Assembly: GCF_006345805.1 (NCBI RefSeq)
Contig: NW_021835718.1
Span: forward strand, 1 to 38,878
DNA: 38,878 nt
From: Octopus sinensis
Taxonomy: Eukaryota
Direction: 5' to 3'
Shown here: piece after piece, positions 22,071-33,439 of the stretch
How the letters are laid out: each line of letters begins with the position of its first letter
Numbering within the stretch: the stretch's first letter is position 1
Made by a program: the position numbers and the translations under genes
Notes under the pieces: model-generated
Databases searched by the model: none
What the model was told of the DNA's origin: nothing
What the model saw: the letters and a program-made list of their open reading frames with translations, nothing else

Positions 22071-22224
22071 AAGAACCATTACTAGGTATAAAAGTCTTTC
22101 ATCGTACATCTACGATTTTTTGCTCAGTGTCGTTAGGTTTTGCGTTCAAATTTCACTCTGGCTGACTTCGGTATTTATCGATCACTCCCGGGACGGATAA
22201 ATTAAATATTAGTTAATTATTTGA

Positions 22225-22480
22225 ATCAAGTCAAGTCAGGTATGGGGGTATGCATCGTTGCAGTGCGTTGTTGCATCAACCATCTGTTTGTCCAATTCTA
22301 GGTCCTCCCGGACGACCTATCAGGCACAGTCCGAGTCTGCCCCACCTCGCAAAATCCTCCTCATCTACCGTGACCAGATGGCACATGGTCGGCCAACACG
22401 AGCCGTCAACCCAGTGAAGAGAACGCGGTCAGCTGGAACTAACTCGGAAAATCGAGCAACGCAGACAAACAGTCTAGGCT
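22225..22480 (-). mobile_element. Probable RTE-type LINE 3' end with (TGACT)n tail
   Basis: Minus strand ...GRPCAIWSR... and ends gcatacccccatacctgacttgacttga. Confidence 0.5.
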
Positions 22481-22697
22481 GGCAAACCCGAATCATTTAT
22501 TTCTCTCTTTGACAACTGGCGGTTTCGGTAGGAAATATTATTAGTAACTCTGTCGGGTCAATGATTCGAACTTTAAACTACCTCCTACTGACGTTCCTGG
22601 TTATAAATATATGCCTAAAAATTACAGATTGAATTTGAGAAAATAAAGAAAATCTAAAAGACAAAAGGCCAAAGAAAATTGAAATCTTATAGTTATT

Positions 22698-23115
22698 GAC
22701 GCAGGTACGGTAATGTGGTTAAGAAGATCGCTTTTGAACTGAGTAGTTTTGAGTTTAGTCCCACTGGGTGACACCGCGGATAATTGCTTTCTATTATAAC
22801 CTGGACCGACCAATGCTTTGTCAGTGAATTTGGTAGACGGAGACTGTGAGCAATCCCATCGTATATATGTGCATGTTGTGATTGTGTTATGTTTGTCCCT
22901 ATTATTTTGTTATGTTTGTCCCTAGCTATTTGATGTTGGTTTGTTTGCGTAATCGTAACCTAGTGGTTTGGCAAAAGTAAACGATAGAATGAATAGCTAC
23001 CAGACTTAAAGGAAAATAAGCACTTGGAACGATTTGTTCGATTAAACTCTTCAAGCGGTGCCCCAGCATGGCCGCAGTCCATTGACTGAGACAAGTAAAA
23101 GCTAAAAGGAAAAAG
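22698..23115 (+). mobile_element. SINE family A, old full-length copy
   Basis: Head, core gtgaatttggtagacggagactg and tail ccccagcatggccgcagtccattgactgagacaagtaaaa. Confidence 0.75.
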
Positions 23116-23451
23116 ATAACTGTTTACTTTGAAATATAAATAATCCCCATCAAATGACAGATGTCATCTCTCTCAACCGACAGAATTTTTGGCAATGATA
23201 TCTCTTAATTAAGTTTTTCAGGTTTCTTTTAATTACAGTTGGGTGTCAGATTTAAGATGTAATGTGTTTTTACCAAAATATGAATCATGCTTATTTATGT
23301 ATGAATAAATATCCACGCACATGCGCGCGAGTGTCTCTATCTATGTATATTCAGCGTGGAATTGTAAATATAAAGCACTGATTAAATGTGAAATGCAGGA
23401 GTGTATCTAGAACACGAGTTCAATCTGAGAGTGAGTAAAGCTATATATATG

Positions 23452-24268
23452 CTAAATACACTACAGTCGGGAGACCTACTTGAACCGTCGGATAATATCA
23501 GAGATTTAGATGTAACTGTCGACATCAGCTTTAGCTGGAGTGTGCACTTCAAAAAAAAAGTCGATCTTCCCCACAGAATGTGCTCATGGATCCTCAGAAC
23601 TTTTCAATCTAGGGATCATGAAACCATCATTTTTCTCTTCTCCACATTCGCTAGTCCCCACCTCGAATACTGCTGCCCATTGTGTTTCTCTATAAAAAAA
23701 ACAAGACATAATGAGGATCGAAGCGCCACAAAGATCAATCATTAAGAAAATAAATGGCATGATGGGACTTGATTATTGGGCTCGACTTAAACAGCCGAAA
23801 CTCTATTCTCTTCAACGCCGCCATGAGCGATACATTATTTGCACCATGTGGAAAATATTCCACCAATATTATCCAAATGGTATCGATATTATATTTACAA
23901 TTCACCCAAGGCTAGACCCCTGTGTAATGAGTCCCCTACAAAGGTCCAGATCACATCACAAAAGAACATAGTAACACAATTTCGCCAATGCAAATGGCCC
24001 TGCTCTTTTCAAAGTTATCCCCAAAGAAATTAAAGTAGAAAAAGACCCCACAATTTTCATACGGTACCTGGACAAATTAATCCAGGAAATACCGGATAAA
24101 ACACCTACACCTGGATACGTCTCAGTTAACAACAACTATCTGCTTGAGTGGTCGTCGGTGTCCTGAAATAATTAACTAAAAGACTTTTCCAGGTGGTGCT
24201 ATTGAGTTAGTCATGACATGGGTCGATAAATGGCCGAAACCAATCTAATTTATCTGAGTTATCTGAGT

Positions 24269-24275
<7 letters not shown>
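23452..24275 (+). mobile_element. CR1-group LINE 3' fragment (RT C-terminus), frameshifted
   Basis: Peptides WILRTFQSRD, PHLEYCC, GLDYWARLKQPKLYSLQRRHERYII and MWKI; short tandem tail ttatctgag x2; explains ORFs 23401..23745 and 23711..23971. Confidence 0.85.
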
Positions 24276-24299
<24 letters not shown>

Positions 24300-24529
24300 T
24301 ACGCATGCATGTATGTTTGGATTTTAGCTGTTCCTTCTAGTGTGCAAGGAATCCTATGACGGATACCGCTTATGTGTTTAAATGTACGCTGTATTTATAT
24401 GAATATTATATAGTCTATTGACAAATATTTTTTATACGCTAGGCCACTTGTAGTAAAATTTTGTAAAAATTTTTATTACCCTGATATTATTAAATATATA
24501 TATACTTATATATATTACGCATGCATGTA

Positions 24530-24531
24530 TG

Positions 24532-24563
<32 letters not shown>

Positions 24564-24622
24564 ACATATATATAATATATATATATATGTATATGTATAT
24601 GTATATATATATATATACATAA

Positions 24623-24654
<32 letters not shown>

Positions 24655-24706
24655 CATACATACATACATATATATATATACATATATATACATATATAAT
24701 ATATAT

Positions 24707-24738
<32 letters not shown>

Positions 24739-24762
24739 GATATATATATATATATATATAAA
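24530..24762. repeat. (TA)n/(TACA)n microsatellite
   Basis: Read directly. Confidence 0.9.
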
Positions 24763-24924
24763 TATGATAGACTCACCCATCCAAGACAACGTATGAGCGT
24801 TCCGCTTTTGCCGAACGACCGGCACAAATGATTTGTTTACATTTATTAAATTTATGTGCTGTACATTAATTCACACTCTCCATCAAAACGATGTTGTTCT
24901 GAACAGGTTCATAGAGTACCACGC

Positions 24925-25005
24925 GTAAGGTGTCAAAGTGATCGCAGATTTGAAACCACGATCTCATGATTGAGAATGCAGTACCCCTAACCTCTAGGCC
25001 ATACA
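24925..25005 (-). mobile_element. tRNA-derived SINE head fragment
   Basis: Minus strand tatggcctagaggttaggggtactgcattctcaatcatgagatcgtggtttcaaatc has A and B boxes. Confidence 0.5.
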
Positions 25006-25089
25006 CACACACACATGTGTATGTATATATATATATATATATATATACAAATTACAAAAGCAATAAAAGTTCATGGGCTGTTCACAGTT

Positions 25090-25340
25090 AATATCATTAG
25101 AGTGGCGCTCAAAGAAAAAGAGTTAGAAAGTAAAACCTATAGAGGAAAAAAGTGAAACGTTTCGGATTTGGTCCTTCATCAAATGCTAGAGGAAAATCCA
25201 GGAAACACAAGAAAGCGGGCGAGAGGAAGGGGATAAAAACGAGAAGAAAGCAAGGAAAAGGCTTACGTGGGTTGCCTTCACACACACACACACACACACA
25301 CACACATGCTGTTTCGACCGTAACCACCAAGCAGCTTTAT
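25090..25340 (-). mobile_element. Possible Penelope-like terminal-repeat remnant
   Basis: Minus strand ttgatgaaggaccaaatccgaaacgtttc resembles the tgatga...ccgaaacg motif of PLE repeats. Confidence 0.35.
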
Positions 25341-25779
25341 ATAAGTTAGAAGAGTATCTAATATAAACTTATGTTCCAAATAAACTATTTGCCCGATTTT
25401 TAGATTCTAGTCTCTCTCAAAAGTGATCTTCGGTTAAACAAACTGTAATTTATTCATACTTTTTTTGCTCTATATCAAAATCGGGCTCCAATTAAATGCG
25501 GTTGACCAACTTTCTGCTTAAAAAGAAATGGTTAATTATATATATTTTAAAAGTGTTCTAATCAGTTCATATTAAACGCAATCTGTTGTTTCTGTTTTGA
25601 TAACACTTTATAATTAGCTTTCGTTTTCTGTCCTCCACCAGAAAAAAAAAAATTCAGCATTTCCTTAATATATATATTTTATACACACGCGCACACACAG
25701 ATACATACACATACACACGTTGTCACATACACACGGTTGCACACATCTATGCACACGCTCCCACTCACCTTGATAAGCA

Positions 25780-25889
25780 TATGCTTATGTATACATACAT
25801 ACATACATACATACATACATACATACATACATACATACATACATACACACACACACATACATACATACATACATACATACATACATACA

Positions 25890-25920
<31 letters not shown>
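25780..25920. repeat. (TACA)n microsatellite
   Basis: Read directly. Confidence 0.9.
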
Positions 25921-26251
25921 CGAAACCTCCATTTATAATCTTTAACCAGATTATAAATTCACATTTATACCAATAATAATTGGTCCATTTGACTTTGTGA
26001 GTAAATGATTGAGTGACAAATTAGATAAGCTAGGATCATCAGAAAAAGAAATCAATCAACAAACTCACAAATTGCAAATACAATCTGTAAGTAGAACAAT
26101 GAAAATATGTAAGACTTTTCTCAAGATTAAAATGTTACATTGCTTTTGTTGTCTTCATTCCAGCGATGAAGATTTGTATCTTTGTTAGTAACCAGCTCCT
26201 TCTTCAGAGACCATACATATTAACATACGCACATGTGTTGTATGTATGTGG

Positions 26252-26296
<45 letters not shown>

Positions 26297-26384
26297 ACAT
26301 TCTTTCTTAGTAGTTAGACCATAGCGGATCTTCTTCTAGCATAATGGATGTCCACTTACAGGTCATCCTTTAATATATAATATA

Positions 26385-26604
26385 TATATAATATTAATTC
26401 GAGACAAAACCACTATTTTGCAAATCAAACTTCATAAATTAAAACTGAATAGAAGATCGGAAATCCACCTGACGAATGTCATTTGAAGAATGAAACAATT
26501 GTAGTGGCGATTTATTACTTTATATAAAAATTTTTATGTATTGATTAAGTCTTTCCTTGTTTGATTTGCAAAATAGTGGTTTTGTCTCGAATTAATATTA
26601 TATA
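26385..26604. repeat. Perfect 46-bp inverted repeat (26385-26430 and 26559-26604) with a 128-bp spacer
   Basis: tatataatattaattcgagacaaaaccactattttgcaaatcaaac and its exact reverse complement. Confidence 0.92.
26461..26513 (+). ncRNA. Type I minimal hammerhead ribozyme motif with degenerate stem II
   Basis: aaat-ccac CTGACGA atgtcatttgaagaat GAAA C-AATT-G TA gtgg-cg-attt: full core, GUA cleavage triplet, stem I ccac/gtgg, palindromic stem III. Confidence 0.6.
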
Positions 26605-26700
26605 ATATTTTACTATAAAATTGGATTTAATCCTAAATCTGATTTTTTCCCTGTAATTTTGGATTTATTCCCTAATATTTATTATTATATATTATATATA

Positions 26701-26982
26701 ATATCTGTTGTGTCTGGGGAGATCATTTTCTTTTGTACCTTATTATTAACACACTCACCGTAAAATTCCACTTTTTTTCTTATTTTTTGTCCTAAAATTT
26801 TCGTTGCGTCTTGCAACCTTTTCAATAGTTTTGACTCTCAAAACTATTTTGAAAAGGTTGCAAGACGCAACGAAAATTTTAGGAGAATAAAGTTAAGAAA
26901 AAAAAGTGAAAAATTTTACGGTGAGTGTGTTAAATAATAAGTCACAAAAAGAAAATGACTCTCCTCAGACACAACAGAATAT
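26701..26982. repeat. 282-bp imperfect palindrome (foldback or MITE-like)
   Basis: Arms 26701-26834 and 26838-26982, loop ctc; perfect 35-bp core cctaaaattttcgttgcgtcttgcaaccttttcaa. Confidence 0.9.
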
Positions 26983-27050
26983 GCTTCAACCCACGAACTC
27001 ATATAAAGAATGTTGCAAACCAAATCCAAAAACTATATATATATATATAC

Positions 27051-27483
27051 TTTTACTCTTTTACCTGTGTCAGTCATTTGACTACGGCCATGCTAGAGCA
27101 CCGGCTTTAGTCGAGCAAATCGACCCCAGGACTTATTCTTTGGAAGTCTAGTACTTATTTTATCGGTGTCTTTTGCCGAACCACTAAGTTACAGGGACGT
27201 AAACACACCAGCATCGGTTGTCAAGCGATGTTGGGGGACAAACACAGGCACACAAACATACAAACACACACACTCACACACATACACATATATATATGTA
27301 TATACACACATACATATATACGACGGGCTTCTTTCAGTTTCCGTCTACCAAATCCACTAACAAGGCTTTGGTCGGCCCGAGGCTATAGTAGAAGACACTT
27401 GCCCAACGTGCCACGCAGTGGGAATGAACCCGTAACCATGTGGTTGGTAAGCAAGCTACTTACCACGAAGCCACTCCTGCGCC
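27051..27483 (-). mobile_element. SINE family A, full length
   Basis: Colinear with 12992-13398. Confidence 0.9.
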
Positions 27484-28409
27484 TGTATTTATATATATAT
27501 ATGTATATACACGCGTGCGCATATATATTTAAATACATGTACTTATATAAAACACAGAAAAGCGGACAACTCTAACACGTACACATACATAAATGCTATT
27601 TATACATACACATAACACATACACACACAGACTCTCTCAAAGACAAACATTTGTCCTTAATTAAAAATTTCGAGTATAACCACACGCGTACGAAAAGAAG
27701 TTTTATTCGTATACATTTACGACATTTTACGTACCTGGAGCCAACGAGAATGATTTTATGTAATTGTAGGACCCGTTAGATATGGTAGCTAAATCCACTT
27801 GAAATCCTATCCCACCATCATGGAAATTGACATGTTTGATAATGTGGCCGTTGGTTCATTAATCATAGATAACTTGATGGGTTAGTCAAAGAAGGAATAT
27901 CTTTACTCATCAGTCTTGTCAGTCAAGATTGCCCTGGAGTCAAACAACAACTTACATAACTGCGTTAATTCATGTATATTAAGTGGCCTGGATACTCATG
28001 AACACGTATAAGAGAGTATGGGAGTATGTGCGTATGTTCCTGTGTGCTTGTATGTGTATGTGTACATCTGTATGTGCATGTGTGTGTGTGTGTGTGAAAA
28101 ATTGGACGGTGTAGGTATATGTGAATGAATATGATGGAGTAAATAGTATTTTAGGTGCTTGTAATTTGATAAGCTGCAGTAAGTTAGTTGCCCAGAATTT
28201 TCCCCAAGAAACGTTATGCATGTATTTGATGTGTATATGTATATATATTTTTTCTCTCTCTCTTTCTCTCTCTCACTCTCTCACTCTGTTCTGGTTATGA
28301 TTGTGAATGGTGTACGTATAAATATATGTATGTTAGTGTGAGAGCGTATGCATATATACTCACAAATATTTACATATACAGCTAGACATAATGTGTGTAG
28401 GTAGCTATA

Positions 28410-28748
28410 TAGGCATGTATGTATGTATGTATGTATTTATGTATGCATGTATGTATGTATGTATGTATGCGTGCATGTATGTATGTCTATGTGTATGAGT
28501 GAATCTCTGTACACATGTATGTATAAATATATATATATAAATGTATTCTTACTACATGCATGTCTATGTATGAGTATATATATATATATATATCTATATA
28601 TATAGATATATATATATATACTTACATACATGCATATCTATGTATGTGTATGTATGTATGTATGTATGTATGTATGTACGTATATATGTATATATAAATA
28701 TAAAAATGGAACCAAAACGAAATAGAAGACATTACATATATACATATA

Positions 28749-28814
<66 letters not shown>

Positions 28815-28833
28815 AGTAGATAGATAGATAGCT

Positions 28834-28874
<41 letters not shown>

Positions 28875-28945
28875 GATAGATAGAGATATATACATATATG
28901 TATATGTGTGTGTGTGTGTGCATATATATGTGTGTGTGTGTGTGC

Positions 28946-28979
<34 letters not shown>

Positions 28980-28980
28980 A
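28410..28980. repeat. Compound (TATG)n/(TA)n/(GA)n/(GATA)n/(TG)n microsatellites
   Basis: Read directly. Confidence 0.9.
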
Positions 28981-29829
28981 TTTATTATGTATCTATATGT
29001 GAATTGCGCGTATGTATGTACCGAGCGATCGGTGAAAAGAATTCCTTGCAATGGATTCTCGGCATCTTTTAATGATGAAGATGGAATGGAAGCGAGGTGC
29101 TACTTACCTGAGAAGATCAAACAAAGTTATTTCGTTTAGATTTGAAGAGGGGAAAACCTCAGAGAATAACTGTGCCGCGAATGTTATTTCTCAGGTGAAG
29201 GATACATTCATGGAAGGGTCATTTAACTAAAGTCAGTTATTACAGAGAGGTCAGAGAAACGGTTTTTGCAAAGGAAGAAAATACCTGCCGGCGTCCATTC
29301 AAGGTAAAATAGAAAGCAAAGAGCAAAAGGCTGATAGTTTCATCTTATCTGTTATTCAATACATATCCTACAAAATACTTACCTTGGGCCATATAATTTC
29401 ATTGTTTTAATTAATTAATAAATATAGAAATTATTGATGATATGTTGCGCCCAGGAGGATCATATGAGGAAACATATGGACTTCTATTTTGCGAAAAAAT
29501 AATAAATACCTCTCAGTCGTCCTCAATCTGGAATGAATTAGCTCCAAGTGATTCTCCATCACAAAAGAGAGATCCGACGCGGTCAATAGACAGCTTAAAA
29601 GTGGTAGCTGAACCTCTCTCAAAACATACCCAAGGTTTTTAGAAGAAACAAGAGCAGAATAGAAAAGGAAATTCTAGTTACACAAAACGATTTTGTTTGC
29701 AGTGCGATATTTCGTTGTTTTTTTCCGAGAATTTCTAATATAACTTTTCCCATTCCATTTCAAAATGCTTTCGTTGTATATATCCACCAAAACATGCGTG
29801 GTCTGTATGTTAATGTCTTCAGTCTCTAA

Positions 29830-30022
29830 GAAGGCGAACTGGCAGAATCGTTAGCACGCCGGACGAAATGCCGTCTTTACGTTCTGAGTTCAAATTCCGT
29901 CGAGGTTGACTTTGCCTTTCATCATTTCAAGGTCGATAAAATAAGTACGAGATGAACATTGGTGTCGATGTAACCAACTTAGTCCCACCACTGAACTTGC
30001 TGGCCTTGCGCCAAAATTTGAA
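29830..30022 (+). mobile_element. SINE family B monomer
   Basis: Head aaggcgaactggcagaatcgttagcacgccgg, B box, central domain and 3' end. Confidence 0.78.
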
Positions 30023-30034
30023 GTCACTTTTTTT

Positions 30035-30288
30035 TTTTTATTTGTTTCAACCATTGGACAGCGGCCATGCCGGGTCACAATCTTGAAAGGTTTTAGTTGA
30101 ACAAATCGAACTCATTACTTATTTTTCTTTTCAAGCCTGGTACTTATTCTGTCGATCTCTTTTGCCTAATTGCTAGATTATGGTAACGTAAACAAACCGA
30201 TACCGGTTGTCAAGCGATGGGGAGGACAAAGGCAAACACATACATATATAACAGACACACACATTCACACATATACACACATCCGCCT

Positions 30289-30348
<60 letters not shown>

Positions 30349-30493
30349 GCGATGGCTTTCTTCACAGATTCCGTCTACGGGATTCACTCACATGGCAGTG
30401 GTCGACCCATGGCTTTAGTAGAAGACACTTGATCAAGGCAGCGTGCAGTGAGACTGAACCCGGAACCACATGGTTGCAAAGTGAACTTGTAAC
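30035..30493 (-). mobile_element. SINE family A with an expanded internal (CA)n tract
   Basis: Tail and head halves both recognisable. Confidence 0.8.
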
Positions 30494-30769
30494 ATATTTA
30501 ATCTCTAATTTTAACTTTCCGAAATCTTTCTTTCTACAATGTTCCTTCATGATAGCTACTTTCGTCTTATCTCGCTGTGTGTGAGTATTGTACCTAAATA
30601 TTAACAGCCGTCTATATCTGGCTGTTTTATGATGTTCTTATCTGTTAATTGTATTATATTACTTGCTACTATCTTTTTTAGTTTCATTATTATAACTCTA
30701 TACTCCATAATCGCAAATTCCATTCCAATATCGTCATTAAATCCATTTGTGGTTACAAGTAGGGACGTG

Positions 30770-30900
30770 CGTTTAGGAATCTCACCTCACAATCATAAGG
30801 CTCCAGGTGTGATACCACTCTGGGGCACTTTAGGCGGCAGGTGTATTCTATCAGAATCGAATAGATTCAAGCTTTGTGAGTGGAGGTTGGTAGACGTTAA
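30770..30900 (+). mobile_element. Old SINE family A-related head fragment
   Basis: ccactctggggcactttaggc...aagctttgtgagtggaggttggtagacg. Confidence 0.5.
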
Positions 30901-30924
30901 CTTGCTCTGCTTCCTGTAAGCTTG

Positions 30925-31400
30925 GGTCATTGTATAGGTCAAAAGACTATCTTACATCCGAGGCCATTCTGTATCTTTACGAGTCCACAATTCTGTATGG
31001 AATACTGTTTTTATATTTGGGCAGAGGCACTATTTTATTGCTTGCGATTTCTTCCACCGAGTTCAGAAGTGGGTTTCTAATTTCAGTAGTTCCTTTCTTG
31101 TAACTGTTGCAACTCTGCAACCTTTGTCACGTGGCGCCGCCAGACTTATTCTTTGCTCCCATTAATACCTTCAGGAAATGCTCTGATGAGATTTTATCTC
31201 TTAGTTCCAGATCACTTTGTGCTATCTCACTTGACTCGTAACTTATGGCATCTTCGTCCAAATGCTGTTGTGCTTCCACAAATAAGGAAGTCTTTTTACG
31301 GTCGCAACATTTCCCCTCAAACTGCCAGACTTTGGATCTCTTTCATCTCATTGTTTTCTTCCTTTTTATGACCCGAGCCCTTTCATCTCAATTTCTCCTT
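30925..31400 (+). mobile_element. Degenerate L2/CR1-group LINE 3' fragment
   Basis: Peptides YLTSEAILYLYESTI, MEYC, GKCSDEILSL and QIRKSFYGRNISPQTARLW resemble the RT C-terminus ending ..FFPRTARLWNSL. Confidence 0.65.
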
Positions 31401-31474
31401 CTTCATAGTCCTTTATACTAGAGGCTTCTCACTTTGAGATAATCTAACAAAAACAAAAGTAAAAAAAATAAACA

Positions 31475-31888
31475 GAGTAGAAGTGGCTGTGTGGTAAGTA
31501 GCTTGCTTATCAACCACATGGTTCCGGGTTCAGTTGCACGCGAGGAACATTGGGCAAGTGTCTTCTACTATAGTCTCGGGCCGACTAAAGCCTTGTGAGT
31601 GGATTTGGTAGACGAAACTGAAAGAATCCCGTCGTATATATGTATATATATGTATGTGAGTATGTATGTTTATGTGTCTGTGTTTGCCCCCCACCCCACC
31701 CCAACATCATTTGACAACCGATGCTGGTGTGTTTACGCCCCCGTAACTTAGCGGTTCGGCAAAAGAGACCGATAGAATAAGTACTAGGCTTTCAAAGAAT
31801 AAGTCCTGGGGTCGATTTGCTCGACTAAAGGCGGTGCTCCAGCATGGCCACAGTCAAATGACTGAAACAAGTAAAAGAGTAAAAGAGA
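31475..31888 (+). mobile_element. SINE family A, full length, young
   Basis: Head gtggctgtgtggtaagtagcttgcttatcaaccacatggttccgggttcag to tail gactgaaacaagtaaaagagtaaaagag. Confidence 0.9.
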
Positions 31889-32764
31889 GGAAAGAGTAGA
31901 GTGGAATCCTATGGAGAAGATTGCATTTATTCTTGGGGCGGGGGGGCAGATTTAATTTATTGTAGAATTCAACATCACCTCTGGAGCCTTGAATGCCTCT
32001 AGGCACTATTAAGTCCATTTTCTTTCGAGCATTTCCACCAGGTTTCTGGTCTAAGGATGTCCCAACAGTATTCGATTCGTCTTTCTACTAGTTTCGAAGG
32101 CTATGGATAAAAAAATCATCGGTGCTTCACTTTCTCTTCTGTCAAGGCCATAAACAAAACTAACAAAGGATTTTCAAGTTCGTAAACAGTTTCAAATCAT
32201 CTATAAAGATAAGGCGATATGCATATACAGCTTGTATCCAATAATAGACCACCCTACTATTCTTAATAGCAGGGTTAAAGGTACAGACATTTCGCAAAAA
32301 ACTGTGATAGCACTTCCCAAAAAAACTGAGGTCATGCTATCAAAAGAGATTCTCCTGTTAACATCAGTTTTTTTTTTTTTTACATCTTCAACAGATTATC
32401 TTACATTTGTTTTTCCTTTACTCATAGTTCTTCAAAATCAACTTAACATTATTCTCTGTCATCCATAGATTATGGAGCTAAGTATTTTATTATCTATGGT
32501 GGGTGATCACAAAATTTTTCTTTGTAATAATTCGTAGTTGACATTGTTAAATTTATATGTCGTTTCCTACGAACCTGGCTCTTTGGAGTTTCTATTTTTT
32601 ATTCAAGTATCTTTTATAATGTAGTAGTAATGTAACCAGGATTTCACTTGCATGTGAATGTGTGTGTGTGTGTGTGTGTGTGTTGTTTGTTTGTTTGTTG
32701 CTCTCCACTACTTGACAACCGGTGTTGCCTAGCGGTTCGGTAACTGTAACCGAGAGAATAAGTA

Positions 32765-33330
32765 TTGGGTTGTCCAGAAAGTTCATGCCGATTTTTAAAG
32801 GAAAGAAAAAGGTCAATAAATACTTGCCATTACATTTTTAATCAACCAAATATGAACCATTTTGTTGCACAATGCGTCTCCATCTTTCCTTTAGCTTGAA
32901 AATACCCTCTTCCCAGAATTGAGATAGTTTCATGGCAAAGAATTCATCAATGTATCTTTTCACATCATCCAAGGAATTGAAATTTTTACCATTAAGGCTA
33001 TTCTGCAGAGACCTGAAGAAGTGGAAATCCGAAGGAGCAATATCTGGTGAATATGGAGGGTGGGGTAACACATCCCAGCCGAGCTGCAGCAATTTTTGTC
33101 TGGTTCCTAAAGCATCAAGTGCCGCAAATGAACTTTCTTATCTTCCGTTTTAAAGGGTTACAGGATTAACACAGGTTATCGGAACATAAGCCTTCTTCCA
33201 CGAAAAGATAGCTTAAACTGTGCTCTAAATGGAGGTGTAGTCAAATCCTATTTAATGGACTCAAGCATGTTCTAAAATAAGTCTCAAGGTAAGCTACAAT
33301 AAATCGGCACGAACTTTCCGGACAACCCAA
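32765..33330 (-). mobile_element. 566-bp internally deleted mariner transposon
   Basis: 30-bp TIRs ttgggttgtcc(a/g)gaaagttc(a/g)tgccgattt with 2 mismatches; TA TSD at 32763-32764 and 33331-33332. Confidence 0.93.
32838..33148 (-). pseudogene. Mariner transposase remnant, N-terminus fused to C-terminus
   Basis: ACG (mutated start) EDKKVHLRHLML, then GTRQKLLQLGWDVLPHPPYSPDIAPSDFHFFRSLQNSL...YLVD*; YSPDxAPSD motif. Confidence 0.9.
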
Positions 33331-33439
33331 TATAAGAATGAAGAAAAAATAAGTACTAGCTGTGGTTTGTTAGACTAAAACCCTTCGAGGTGTGCCCTAA
33401 CATGACCACTGTTCAAGATTAAAATAAGTAAAAAGAAAT

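Larger units (their letters stand above)
32690..33430 (+). mobile_element. Old SINE family A 3' half split by the mariner insertion
   Basis: cttgacaaccggtgttgcctagcggttcgg...gagaataag|TA before the element and ...aataagtactag...gactaaaacccttcgaggtgtgccctaacatgacc after it. Confidence 0.55.

Noticed and set aside
29374-29390. atacttacct resembling the U1 snRNA 5' end
   Set aside because: The following sequence does not match U1; it is simply the complement of a consensus splice donor
29442-29642. ORF containing ELAPSD, reminiscent of mariner YSPDLAPSD
   Set aside because: No other transposase motif or TIR nearby
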